Below, piece after piece: positions 1 to 25,854 of a DNA stretch of 64,000 nucleotides; the first letter of the stretch is position 1, and each line of letters starts with the position of its first letter. The notes beneath the pieces are model-generated. The model was not told the DNA's origin. It saw nothing but the letters and a program-made list of their open reading frames with translations, and did no database searches. The stretch lies in NCBI GenBank assembly GCA_002269645.1, contig NIVC01000270.1, positions 62,001 through 126,000 of the forward strand, read 5' to 3'. This DNA is from Macrostomum lignano (lineage: Eukaryota). A program made the position numbers and the translations under genes.

Positions 1-156
1 CTTGCAATTGAAGATGTTAACACCGGCTTTGGTGCGGCCGAATATGTACGGCTCCATCTGGAAGTCGGTGTTCCTGGCGCCGATGTGCATCTGGGCGGCG
101 ATCATCAGCTTGGCGTCGGAGTCTTTCAGACTCAGGCAGTCAATTCCGGAAGTCAT
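1..156 (-). CDS. RPSA: 40S ribosomal protein SA (uS2/laminin receptor), N-terminal part; runs off window start
   Basis: Minus strand from ATG at 156 reads MTSGIDCLSLKDSDAKLMIAAQMHIGARNTDFQMEPYIFGRTKAGVNIFNCK, aligning to the RPSA N-terminus (human [41 protein letters not shown]). Not in the ORF track. Confidence 0.9.
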   Translation of the reverse strand, partial: MTSGIDCLSLKDSDAKLMIAAQMHIGARNTDFQMEPYIFGRTKAGVNIFNCK

Positions 157-317
157 CCTTGTACTAGCGTTAACTGGCATCAATATGTGGATAATGGCTT
201 TTTTATGAAGCACTAGAGACTACTGAGAGTAAGTAAAAAAGATTTTTTTCTTTGGAAAGAACTACAATTCGAATTTAAAGACATTGAAAGATGCGTCAAA
301 TTCAAGCTAGAGTCTGA

Positions 318-1400
318 TTAGGGATTTGGGAAGATGTGAGAGTCTGATTTGGAATTTGGGAAGATGTGAGAGTTGGATTAGGGATTAGGGAAGATGTGAG
401 AGTTGGATTAGGGATTAGGGAAGATGTGAGAGTTGGATTAGGGATTTGGGAAGATGTGAGTCTGATTTGGGATTTGGGAAGATGTGAGAGTCTGATTTGG
501 GATTTGGGAAGATGTGAGAGTTGGATTTGGGATTTGGGAAGATGTGAGTCTGATTTGGGATTTGGGAAGATGTGAGTCGGATTTGGGATTAGGGAAGATG
601 TGAGAGCCTGATTTGGGACTTGCAAAGATGTGAGAGTCGGATTTGGGATTTGGGAAGATGTGAGAGTCGGATTTGGGATTTGGGAAGATGTGAGTCTGAT
701 TTGGGATTTGGGAAGATGTGAGAGTCGGATTTGGGATTAGGGAAGATGTGAGAGCCTGATTTGGGACTTGCAAAGATGTGAGAGTCGGATTTGGGATTTG
801 GGAAGATGTGAGAGTCGGATTTGGGAAGATGTGAGAGTCGGATTTGGCATTGGGATCGGGAAGATGTGAGAGTCTGATTTGGGATTTGGGAAGATGTAAG
901 TCTGATTTGGGATTTGGGAAGATGTGAGAGTTGGATTTGGGATTGGGATCGGGAAGATGTGAGAGTTGGACTTGGGATCGGGATCGGGAAGATGTGAGAG
1001 TTGGATTTGGGATTGGAAGGATGTGAGTCGGATGAGGATTTGAGACGAGTTAAATAGTGGAATGGTTAGGAAAATGTGAGAGACTGATTTAGGACTTGGG
1101 AAGATGTGAGAGTCTAATTTGGGATTTGGGAAGATGTGGGAGTCGGATTTGGGATTTGGGAAGATGTAAGTCTGATTTGGGATTTGGGAAGATTTGAGAA
1201 TCTTATTTGGGATTTGGGAAGATGTGAGTCGGATTTGGGATTTGGAAAGATGTGAGAGTTGGATTTGGGAAGATGTGAGGGTTGGATTTGGGAAGATGTG
1301 AGAGTTGGATTTGGGATTGGGAAGATGTGAGTCGGATCAGGATTTGAGACGTGTTAAATAGGGGAATGGTTAGGAAAATGTGAGAGACTGATTTAGGATT
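318..1400. repeat. G-rich minisatellite, ~28-30 bp unit GGGATTTGGGAAGATGTGAGAGTCTGATTT
   Basis: Direct tandem repetition with variant units; a ~60-bp spacer recurs at ~1035 and ~1338. Confidence 0.95.
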
Positions 1401-2458
1401 TTAAAGGGATCAAAGGAAAGGTTAGGGTTAGGCCATGGGCTTAAAGGGAGTCTTAGATGCCAAAGCTCACAGGGCTGATGCTTTTTTGCTTTGAACAGCA
1501 TTTCCCCAAGAAACTCAAAAGATCAAAAACTGATTGCAGTTTATTCAAACATTTTCATTTTTTATGAAAATGACTAAAACGACTAAAAAGCAGAGCTATA
1601 TATATATATGATTGATATATGAAACTGCAAGCATGTACATACCTTTTTATATAAAATATGTAGGCAATCAAAGAAAGCAATTATAAAATGAAAATCGATA
1701 ATTTATACACAATAGATCTGCTTCTTCAATTACAGTACGTGACCAGCAATGAGTATTACTAATTTTTAATTTTATATTACTGTTCAAGTATCGCTAGAAA
1801 GAATTACCAAGAAACTAATAATTTAGAATTCTACTAAAATAAAGTCAAAGCACCTATTAGAATCGATTTGAGTGAAAATCATAAACACAAACATAATTCA
1901 GCACAATTTGGTATTCCTATATTAATATTATCACCGAATTACGCTCGTACAACAAAACAGGCTTTAAAAAAAGATTATCGATACAATTATGTAGAAAAAC
2001 AATCTAAGCGGACTGACTGACTGGCAAATATTTTGTAGACTGAAAAAATATAATTTCTAATACAGTAATAAAATACTGCAATTAGGATAGAGGGGAGCTC
2101 ACAGATACTAACCGTTGCCAGATTTGCTTAACTTTCAGTGCTGGCCGAAAAATTAAAGACGATCCTGCGTTTATATCAGTATTATAGCGCAATAGTTGTA
2201 ATAAATCAACTTCAAATTCGTGCCAAATAGATGAAATTGATAAAAAAAACCTCTAAACACTATCGAAGTTGACTTTATAAACACCCTAAACTGTATACGG
2301 CATAGGTTAAGCTTTGGAAAGCATCCTAAAGGTTTAAAACTTTTTGGCGCTAATTTGAATTGAATTTAAAATGAACCAACAGCCGTCAACCGTCAAGTCA
2401 GACTAATCTTACAAAGCATATGCTATTAGTAATCGTAGTTTAACAAATACTTATAACG

Positions 2459-2926
2459 TTAAAAGTCTCCAGAATTAAGTTCATCTTCATCGTCCATCAT
2501 GTGATATTCGGCAAATGATTGCCATAGCATAGCAACAGCTACCCACCATAGTAGTAATTGGAGTAGCGCCCCAGTCAGTTTGGCATAGTGCACGTGAGCA
2601 GGCACAGCGAAATCCCATCGCATAGTGTGCAGATTCCTAGCGTACAGAGCGGTGCCAATCGTCATGGAAACGGTGGAATAGGCGAATAGGCACAGACAGA
2701 CGGACTGGTCGTGGACAGGACTTTGAATACCGTGAGCAGTTAGGGCTGCTATGCTGCTCAACATGCCATTGCGAGTCCAAGATAAGTAACTGTTATCGTT
2801 TGACAGCCGGTTAGCCACCCAGCTGGCTTTGCGGGCTTCGGCTTGCTGCTGCTTGCCGATTAGCTGCCAGATTCGCTGGCGACGCTGGTTGCCATAGCGA
2901 CCGGTTGCTAGGCAACATTTTATCAT
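2459..2926 (-). CDS. TMEM160: TMEM160-like (DUF202-type) membrane protein, single exon, 155 aa
   Basis: ATG at 2926 to TAA at 2459; YLSWTRNGMLSS resembles TMEM160 FLSWFRNGLLAS; basic N-terminus, hydrophobic segments, acidic C-terminus (DDEDE). Confidence 0.7.
   Translation of the reverse strand: MIKCCLATGRYGNQRRQRIWQLIGKQQQAEARKASWVANRLSNDNSYLSWTRNGMLSSIAALTAHGIQSPVHDQSVCLCLFAYSTVSMTIGTALYARNLHTMRWDFAVPAHVHYAKLTGALLQLLLWWVAVAMLWQSFAEYHMMDDEDELNSGDF
2888..2916. promoter_or_regulatory. Two adjacent RFX X-box-like motifs
   Basis: GTTGCCATAGCGAC (2888-2901) and GTTGCTAGGCAAC (2904-2916) match the GTNRCC-N0-3-RGYAAC type consensus; motif match only. Confidence 0.4.
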
Positions 2927-3026
2927 TAGAGCGGGTGACGACAAACCGCTGCATCTGCTGGAGATGCGAGAGCAGCCACAGCGACAATTGGAGATGATGG
3001 AAAGCAGGAATGTTCCACGCTTACAA

Positions 3027-3442
3027 ATGGATTGCTAATCTATAACTTATAGATGAATTGCTAATCTATAGCTTATAGATAGATTGCTAATCTATAGCTT
3101 ATAGATGGATTGCTAATCTATAGCTTATAGATGGATTGCTAATCTATAGCTTATAGATGGATTGCTAATCTATAGCTTATAGATGGATTGCTAATCTATA
3201 GCTTATAGATGGATTGCTAATTTATAGCGTATAGATGGATTGCTAATCTATAACTTATAGATGGATTGCTAATCTATAGCTTATAGATGGATTGCTAATC
3301 TATAACTTATAGATGTATTGCTAATCTATAGCTTATAGATAGATTGCTAATCTATAGCTTATAGATGGATTGCTAATCTATAGCTTATGAATGGATTGCT
3401 AATCTATAGCTTATAGATGGATTGCTAATCTATAGCTTATAG
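3027..3442. repeat. 26-bp minisatellite ATGGATTGCTAATCTATAGCTTATAG, ~16 copies
   Basis: Direct tandem repetition. Confidence 0.95.
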
Positions 3443-3711
3443 TTGGATTACTGCAAAATGGTGCAACAAGAACTAATGTGGTGACATGACGAACTTTCAT
3501 TGAAATTAGAAACATTAAATGAAAAGTGTGAACCAAACACGATCGCACCATATATGTAATGAGTCAACAAAGCTTAGTGCGTTTTACAAAAATTGATTTG
3601 TTAAAACAAAAAACTGGGTGCAGGATTATATAGGGGGATATCTATAACAATAGCATAACTACTCGTAAAGAGAAATTATGCACACTGGACATCGTTGGAA
3701 TTATGCAATTT

Positions 3712-4629
3712 TGAGTTATAAAACAAATAATGTAGAAGACTACTACTACTAAATAAGTAAACAGGCGCCCCAGCCATTGATCAGGCTCTTACGCCACTAG
3801 AGAAATATAGATTCCAAGTTGGGAGTGTACTTATGTACACTAAGATCCTAATTAGAGCTAAGAGGACTGTATAATGGGCAAATAAAAAATCAAAAACCTC
3901 CCCGGGGGACAGTGACAGCGGTTCGACGAACCAGTCAGGAAGCCCGTGCCCAAAAAGAACCTGGTTAGAAGACCCCTTTCTAAATTAGGGTTGGCCCGAA
4001 GGCCGAGAGCCGTGGCTACCATGCTGGGGTCGACCACCCACCACCCCCGGGTACTCAATCCAAACATAACAAAAACCTCCCCGGGGCCAGAGGGGGTGAG
4101 TGAACCAATCAGGGAAGCCCGTGCCTTCACCGGGTTAGTAGTGCCAAAAAACCGGTCAAATGACCGCCCCCACGGCCGTGGCCACCCGGAGGAGCCTCCC
4201 CACCTACCAAACCCCGGGTACTCATGCCAAGACAGTATCTTATCTTTGAAGCGGCAGGAGGGCTAATCGCCGGGACTATTTCACCCTTTGCTTCGCCAAC
4301 CCGCCATTTCTATTGTGACCGTGCCAACGGTTTCGTCCTGTTCAGACTCAGTCCTGGTTCTGGCACACTCCAGCTTTAATAGGGTCGCTGGCTGTTCGCT
4401 CAGAGGGCACTCCGAGGGGGACCGTCAGAGCACCAACTGGAACAGGTATAGGCCTGCCTTCCTATACAGCTACCCACAGCCCTTCCTGATCCACTATTAC
4501 CCTCTAACCCAGCCTACTAACTCATTACAAGCTTTCGGCCAGGCAGAGACAAGTTTCACAGGGGTACTGCGGTTAGGCGCCTCTATGCGAGACAAAACCA
4601 ATGAGTTATAAAACAAATAATGTAGAAGA
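3712..4629 (-). mobile_element. Non-LTR retroposon-like insertion (862 bp) with 28-bp target-site duplication
   Basis: TGAGTTATAAAACAAATAATGTAGAAGA occurs at 3712-3739 and 4602-4629; the insert is more GC-rich than its flanks and ends (minus strand) in a (TAG)n tail; no RT ORF recognised. Confidence 0.65.
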
Positions 4630-4904
4630 ACAGACAGATGTTTAATAAAATGACTTCAATACATACATGAGCACGGGTTGGACTTATCAATTTTCTATAC
4701 CTACAAACTACTAAAAGTAAGACGATTGCCAACTAAAAGTGTACAGTTCGAAAAATGTGCTTGCAATTGTCAAAATGAGATTCATTATATAAAATGAAAT
4801 TAGTGTCTGTGCGGCGTGAATCGAATGCACTTTGGAAATAACAACAGGAAAGATTGAATTTAGAACAACAGCATTGTGTGCAACAGTGGCTGGCTTAGAA
4901 GCTG

Positions 4905-5575
4905 GGGATCTAAGAGGCTGGCCCAGCAGATGAGGGATCTGAGAGGCTGGCCCAGCAGCTGAGGGATCTGAAAGGCTGGCCCAGCAACTGAGGGATCTGA
5001 GAGGCTGGCCCAGCAACTGAGGGATCTGAGAGGCTGGCCCAGCAACTGAGGGATCTGGAAGGCTGGCCCAGCAACTGAGGGATCTGAAAGGCTGGCCCAG
5101 CAGCTGAGGGATCTGGAAGGCTGGCCCAGCAACTGAGGATCTGGGAGGGTGGCACAGCAACTGAGGCTCTGGGAGGGTGGCACAGCAGCTGAGGATCTGG
5201 GAGGGTGGCACAGCAACTGAGGATCTGGGAGGGTGATGGCCCAGCAACTGAGGATCTGGGAGGCTGGCCCAGCAACTGGGGATCTGGGATGCTGGCCCAG
5301 CAACTGGGGATCTGGGATGCTGGCCTAGCAACTGAGAGTCTGGGATGCTGGCCCAGCAGCTGAGGATCTGGGAGGCTGGCCTAGCAACTGAGGATCTGGG
5401 AAGCTGGCCTAACAACTGAAGGTCTGGGAGGCTGGCCCAGCAACTGAATGTCTGGGAGGCTGGCCCAGCAGCTGAGGATGTGGGAGGCTGGCCCAGCAAC
5501 TGAGGACTCGGGAGGCTGGCCCAGCAACTGAGGATCTGGGAGGGTGATGGCCTGGCAACTGAAGATCTGGGAGGC
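4905..5575. repeat. ~28-29 bp minisatellite GAGGGATCTGAGAGGCTGGCCCAGCAACT
   Basis: Direct tandem repetition; source of ORFs 4711-5589 etc. Confidence 0.95.
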
Positions 5576-6070
5576 AATGAATCACTCATGGTGCTGTCAA
5601 ATAGTGATGGCTAATAACTAAACAAGCACTTTCTGCAGCATATCTTAAAACCAATCTTCAGACTTGCAACAAGCAACAATATCTTTGACATAGCAAACAA
5701 AAAAGAAAAAAACAAGCAAACAATACTGAACGTGACAAATGACGAAAGCTGCGCAGAAAAAAAACGCATTTAGAAGCAATTTTAATCTACATATTTATGG
5801 CAGGAATTTTCAAAAGCTGTATGAATACAATACAAATGTGAAGAATATGTGCACAATTATATAACAATATAAAAAATCCTGATTACTAAACCCAATGACT
5901 ACAAGGAAATGACTTAAGCAATTATGAAACAGTGCGTCGAAAATTGAAAAATAAATGGAAGCAAAATAATGAAAAAAGCCCAATAAAACTCAAAACGGGG
6001 GTAGAGTTCAGGTGGTTTTTTGTCAAAGGTAGAGCAGGAGCATGCATTGAAGACAACTAGGTTTTGCTGG

Positions 6071-10098
<4,028 letters not shown>

Positions 10099-10468
10099 TT
10101 AACTTTGAAGTTATAAAATTTTGTCAATGATTTTCAAGCTTTAAATTTAAATACAATAAAGACAGTGGTTGCCAAAATGATGAATATATAGTTCTATAGT
10201 CAAATTTTGAACATTTACCCTGAGAAAGATTTTTACATTATTTAAGCCACTAATAACCATATAAGAAGTTATAAAAGTCAATGAAAGACATGGAAAATAT
10301 CTTGTAAAACGTATCTAAAACACAAGTGAAAAAAACCTTAAAATTACCATAGTTGGGACCATGGTATTTATGCTAGAAAATTCTGCCATATATATTTTCT
10401 ATGGTTATTATGGCTTTTTTAAGCTAAATAAATAAACAATAAGCTAAAAGGGTAAGCATTACCCTTTT

Positions 10469-12480
10469 GAGAGTGGGGAATCTGTCAGAATGGAGAATCT
10501 GTCAGAATGGAGAATCTGTCAGAGTGGGGAATCTGTCAGAATGGAGAATCTGTCAGAGTGGGGAATCTGTCAGAGTGGAGAATCTGTCAGAATGGAGAAT
10601 CTGTCAGAATGGAGAATCTGACAGAATGGAGAATCTGACAGAATGGGGAATCTGTCAGAATGGAGAATCTGTCAGAATGGAGAATCTGTCAGAGTGTCAG
10701 AGTGGAGAATCTGTCAGAATGGAGAATCTGTCAGAATGGAGAATCTGTCAGAGTGTCAGAGTGGAGAATCTGTCAGAATGGAGAATCTGTCAGAATGGAG
10801 AATCTGTCAGAGTGGGGAATCTGTCAGAATGGAGAATCTGTCAGAGTGGGGAATCTGTCAGAGTGTCAGAGTGGAGAATCTGTCAGAATGGAGAATCTGT
10901 CAGAGTGGGGAATCTGTCAGAATGGAGAATCTGACAGAATGGAGAATCTGACAGAATGGGGAATCTGTCAGAATGGAGAATCTGTCAGAATGGAGAATCT
11001 GTCAGAATGGAGAATCTGTCAGAATGGAGAATCTGTCAGAGTGGAGAATCTGTCAGAATGGAGAATCTGTCAGAATGGAGAATCTGACAGAGTGGGGAAT
11101 CTGTCAGAGTGGGGAATCTGTCAGGATGGAGAATCTGTCAGAATGGAGAATCTGTCAGAATGGAGAATCTGACAGAATGGAGAATCTGACAGAATGGGGA
11201 ATCTGTCAGAATGGAGAATCTGTCAGAATGGAGAATCTGTCAGAATGGAGAATCTGTCAGAATGGAGAATCTGTCAGAATGGAGAATCTGTCAGAGTGGG
11301 GAATCTGTCAGAGTGGGGAATCTGTCAGAATGGAGAATCTGTCAGAATGGAGAATCTGTCAGAGTGGGGAATCTGTCAGAATGGAGAATCTGTCAGAGTG
11401 GGGAATCTGTCAGAGTGGAGAATCTGTCAGAATGGAGAATCTGTCAGAATGGAGAATCTGACAGAATGGAGAATCTGACAGAATGGGGAATCTGTCAGAA
11501 TGGAGAATCTGTCAGAATGGAGAATCTGTCAGAATGGAGAATCTGTCAGAGTGGGGAATCTGTCAGAGTGGGGAATCTGTCAGAATGGAGAATCTGTCAG
11601 AATGGAGAATCTGTCAGAGTGGGGAATCTGTCAGAATGGAGAATCTGTCAGAGTGGGGAATCTGTCAGAGTGGGGAATCTGTCAGAATGGAGAATCTGTC
11701 AGAATGGAGAATCTGTCAGAATGGGGAATCTGTCCAGTGTCAGAATGAGGAATGTCAGCTTATGGAATGAATCCAGTTAAGGAGTCAGATCGTAAAAACA
11801 GACTTACACCCCGCTCAGTATATTCTCGTAAATTTTGCGCGCAGTCTCTAAAAACGCGTCCTCAACATTTTCGCCAGTCTTGGCGCTGCACTCTAGAAAC
11901 ACGAGTCCATTGTCTTCCGCAAATTTTTTCGCTTCCTCAAAGGTGACATCGCGTTGATTATCCAAGTCGCTTTTGTTTCCAATCATAAAGATTAAACAAT
12001 TACAAGCAATTCATAATTACAAGCAATTAGCTATGACTGGCTCCGCTAGTCATAGCTAATTGCTTGTAGTGCTGCAATTGGGCAGTCATGGTCACACAAA
12101 CATAGGTAATAATATTATTTTAACTTTGAAGTTATAAAATTTTGTCAATGATTTTCAAGCTTTAAATTTAAATACAATAAAGACAGTGGTTGCCAAAATG
12201 ATGAATATATAGTTCTATAGTCAAATTTTGAACATTTACCCTGAGAAAGATTTTTACATTATTTAAGCCACTAATAACCATATAAGAAGTTATAAAAGTC
12301 AATGAAAGACATGGAAAATATCTTGTAAAACGTATCTAAAACACAAGTGAAAAAAACCTTAAAATTACCATAGTTGGGACCATGGTATTTATGCTAGAAA
12401 ATTCTGCCATATATATTTTCTATGGTTATTATGGCTTTTTTAAGCTAAATAAATAAACAATAAGCTAAAAGGGTAAGCAT
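10469..12480 (-). pseudogene. Partial rearranged duplicate of Rab14 (intron-2 array, 3' part of exon 2, start-codon region)
   Basis: 10469-11994 copies sequence ending at 7832 (offset 4162 at the right breakpoint); 12039-12480 copies 10018-10459 (offset 2021); the copy of 7833-10017 is missing. Confidence 0.9.
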
Positions 12481-13858
12481 ACTTGGTATATTTATTGTAG
12501 GAATTTAAACAGACAAAATAAAAACTTTACGATAGAACCTAAATTTAAATTTTGGCTTGTTGTACAATAGTACGACAGGGATTGAAAAATGGTACTACTA
12601 GTATACAATAGGGTACAATAGGAATAAATGTGAGCATAATATAAGTGCAATAAAAGTGAGAAAATGCACCATTGACCCCGCTAGTAAGTCAGGAATAGTC
12701 CAGTAATTATTCTAAAAAGTGCAGTAAAACAACAATTATGTTGTAATTTAGTGACTACATACAATGTATATCATTTAAAAAAGCAAATCAAATATCAAAG
12801 TTTTCTAATGCATGAATTTTGATTTTGATCTTTTTGTTGGCAATAGTGCCATGGTAAATGAGTTTTTAAATTTGGAAATGACTTACAAACTACAGTTAAT
12901 GAAAAATGCTTCACGACATATGACTTATATATGTCTAAATGGTACAATGGCTGTTGTACAAGTGCAGACCAACTGTACAATAGTGTATAATACAATATCC
13001 TACAAAAAGAGTGATATACGATATGTGCAACAGGTGATTCTTGTGTATTACAGAAATTTTTGTTTTATACCCATCTTTCTGTAATATAGAGAGGGGGAAT
13101 AGCAGAAGCATTTTTACCAAAGTTATTTTTTCTAAAGCAAAAAGTATTCTAATAAGCATATTTTACCGTTGAGACCAAAAATGGCTGGATATCCATCCAC
13201 CTAGGCCAACAATTGAGCCATAACTATTTACTTACTAAACTACAAACTCCTTTTCTAGTTTATAGTTATATTTATTGTTATAAAACCAACAAATATTTAA
13301 TATGTTATAACAGTTCCTTGCACTCCTAGGAATAAGAAAAAAAATTTTAATTATTAGTTTAGCTAAATTCAATAGAAAAATAATTCCACAAACAAAATTG
13401 TACTAGTGCCTTTTATTTTAATAGTCTAAATTATAACAGTAATAATAGGTGCCACAAATAATTATAATAGTAGCAATAGTCTAATTTAGTAATAGACTAT
13501 TTTAGCAATATTATAGTATTTTAGCTAAACTATTAAACTAAACTAAAACTAATTAAACTAAACTATTAAACTATTAATTAAACTATTTTAGCTTTTTTGA
13601 TAACATTCATAAAAAGTTATATTTCAAACAATTTATAATATTAATGTTATGTCATAGTGAGTAGGAAAAGATTGGTTAGACTTGTTATATAAAGTGCATA
13701 TATTAATAATATATTTGAATTTGGCTTATACCCATACAAAAAGGCATACCCATATAAATCATTATGCCATTTTCAATTTTGATGTGCCATTGGCCTAAAA
13801 TGTTAGTGTTTTTTTTTAAGATTCAGATGGTCAAGTGATAATATGTAATATTTGAACA

Positions 13859-14155
13859 CATACATGCGCAACCTCCAAAATTCGGTCGGCCATGCGACTT
13901 AGTTTTAACAAAAATGCGACGTAGTTTTTGGCCAAAAATGCGACTTAGATGTAAAAAACCCTAAAGCAAAATTAACGCAACTTTGGGTAAACGGTAGGAG
14001 TAACTATGACTGTATTATTAGGTCAAAATGCCTCGTCAGCTACTTAGTACTACTACTTGGTTATTTTTTCGGGTGGGCATTTTTGCGACTTCCTTGGTTG
14101 GCCGCCAAATCGTTCGGCCGGACCGGCCGACTCGGCCGACTGTTGCGCATGTATG
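13859..14155. mobile_element. MITE, 297 bp, 14-bp TIR, 8-bp TSD (hAT/P-type)
   Basis: TIRs CATACATGCGCAAC / GTTGCGCATGTATG; identical flanks TTTGAACA at 13851-13858 and 14156-14163; subterminal TGCGAC repeats. Confidence 0.8.
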
Positions 14156-14329
14156 TTTGAACAAATTTAAAAGCTTAACTGAAGTTTGGGATTGGGGATT
14201 CAGCATTGGCAATTTAGCAATGGCATAATGCAAAAAATGTCATACCTATGACACAAAAACCTAGGTTTGATTGCACAAAGATGTGTTTGCTAAATGGAAG
14301 TATAGGGATATAAAAGATTTGTTAAATTT

Positions 14330-15480
14330 GTGGTAAGTCTGTGAAGCCTTAGTGCATTGGTTGGATTTTGATTGGTCAAACAATTGAGTTTGCCTTTAGT
14401 GAAATAAAGGACCAGCTCATTTCAAGCAAGGTATTGATGCACTATAACCCATTGAAAAAGCTGAAGTTAGTGTGATGCTTCACCCTACGGTCTTGGAACT
14501 GTGATCTCGCATGAAATGCTGACTAGGGATAAACCAATTACATATGTATTAAGAACTCTGTCATCAGCTGAAAAGATTAAAGAGATTTCATAAGTATTTG
14601 TTTGGTCAATCATTCATGCTTGTAATTGATCACAATCCTCTCATAGCAATATTTGATCCACAAAGACCAATTCCACCTATAGCAGCCAGCCAATTGCAAA
14701 TATGGGCCATGCTCTTTGATGCACATTTTACAACATAAAGTTCAGAAAAACTGACCATCATTACAATGCTAGTGGGCTATCAAGGCTCCCAGAAAAGTGT
14801 GAAAACAATAATAAAACAACCTTGAGCTTGGTTCAGCAAGTCTTAATTAGCAGACTTCTAGTACAAGCTAACATCATCGCAAAAGAAACCTTGAAGGACC
14901 CTGTTCTCAAGAAAGTACTGATTCTATCCAGGCAAGGATGGCTAGATTTCCACCACTGAAATTGAAGCTAATATGAAGTGTTGGTAGACTTTTTCATTGG
15001 AGAGAAAGAGAGTTCTAACTTAGAATTTACAAAGAGGAAAAGACAGATAGGCTCTAGGAACTATTTTGAAATGTACAGCCCCATTGAATTATTCTGTTTG
15101 AGTTGGTAAATTACTTTGGAAATGTCACGTAGATCAGCTTCTAAAGATAGGACAACGACTAAAAGACTATCAAGCCAAAGCTGATATGGAATGATTCTAA
15201 AATGAATGATTCTGTTGAAACAGAACAAGATGCTTTATAGCTTAAAGAAAAGGCTGATAGAAATTTTGATCAACTACCAGAGAAGTTTGAAACGGACTAG
15301 CAACTAGGACCTAGTTACAATCTCTGGAATAGAGCATTGTTAAAAATTTCAACACATTACAATTCAAGAAAAGGAGAGGTGTGATGTCTATGGTATTGAA
15401 TATTTTAGTTTGACTCTTGTTGTTCACTAATACTGACTAACTCAGATATATAAATCATAGCCTTTTTATTTTTTACATTA
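14330..15480 (+). mobile_element. Degenerate Ty3/gypsy LTR retrotransposon remnant (RT connection/RNase H, putative PPT and LTR start)
   Basis: Frameshifted translations FAFSEIKDQLISSKVLMHYNP, CDASPYGLGTVISH, RTLSSAE, FHKYLFGQSFMLVIDHNPLIAIF, DPVLKKV..QGW; purine tract AAGAAAAGGAGAGG at 15366-15379 followed by TGTGATG. The right end is approximate. Confidence 0.8.
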
Positions 15481-16282
15481 TGATTTGGTATAATATATAT
15501 AATCCTAGGCCTAATTAAAATTAAAGGCAAAAAAGTAACTAGTGAATTTTATAAAACTTAGTCTACACAGCGCCAGCGGCAGCACCAGCAGCTGTGTCAT
15601 TAATATTAACTTAGTTCACACTTAAATTCACGTAGGGTGCCTGTGTACCTAATATAGAACCCATTCGACACTGGAGACGCCAGCGGTCTCTTTATTGCCA
15701 AAATTAAAAGCAACGGTACCATGTGTGCTTACACGGCGGACGTGCCTACCTTGCTTACTTGCTACCTATAACTATCTCCAACATTATAGACACGGCCGCC
15801 GTTTACTAACTAACTATCTACTATCTAAATGCAACAAGTTAGTAGTTACACCTGCCCATTGCAAATTCCTGGCAGGCAACAGTAAGTCTGTACTGTAAGA
15901 CTTCCATGTGATTGATGCATGAGACGGACGGATAGATAGACAGAACGAACGAACGAGTTCAGTCGATTTTGATAATTCGCCAGACGTTAGCATTCAAAAA
16001 AAAATTTTTTAACATGGAATAACAAAATATGTCAATAGCAAAATCTATACTGCTTCGTTTTGTAAAGAAAATAATTTTTTTAGCAAAAATATTTTATTTA
16101 CCTGAAAAAGCAATATAAAGTTTAATTTAAAATGTTATTTACCTAGACGCTGTGTGAGATTTAGTATTCAATTTACCACCGAATTTTTAATAAAGTTTTC
16201 TGAATATCCAAAATTTTGTAGCATTAGTATTTGGTCTGTAGTCTGCAAATTGCTTTCTTCTTGAGAATTCTAGCCAGAAATA

Positions 16283-25854
<9,572 letters not shown>

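Noticed and set aside
4330-4601. Ribozyme-like motifs at the 5' end of the retroposon-like insert (HDV-like P1/P2/P3 pairings; hammerhead-like GAGTC...GACGAAA)
   Set aside because: Helices can be drawn, but the HDV P1.1/J4-2 catalytic nucleotides and the hammerhead CUGANGA core are missing; an Infernal search would be needed.
16090-16145. Minus-strand GTAAAT...TTTTTCAG-GTAAAT: 41-nt mini-intron followed directly by another donor (recursive-site look-alike) near the possible Rab14 5' end
   Set aside because: AT-rich context makes chance matches likely and there is no transcript evidence.
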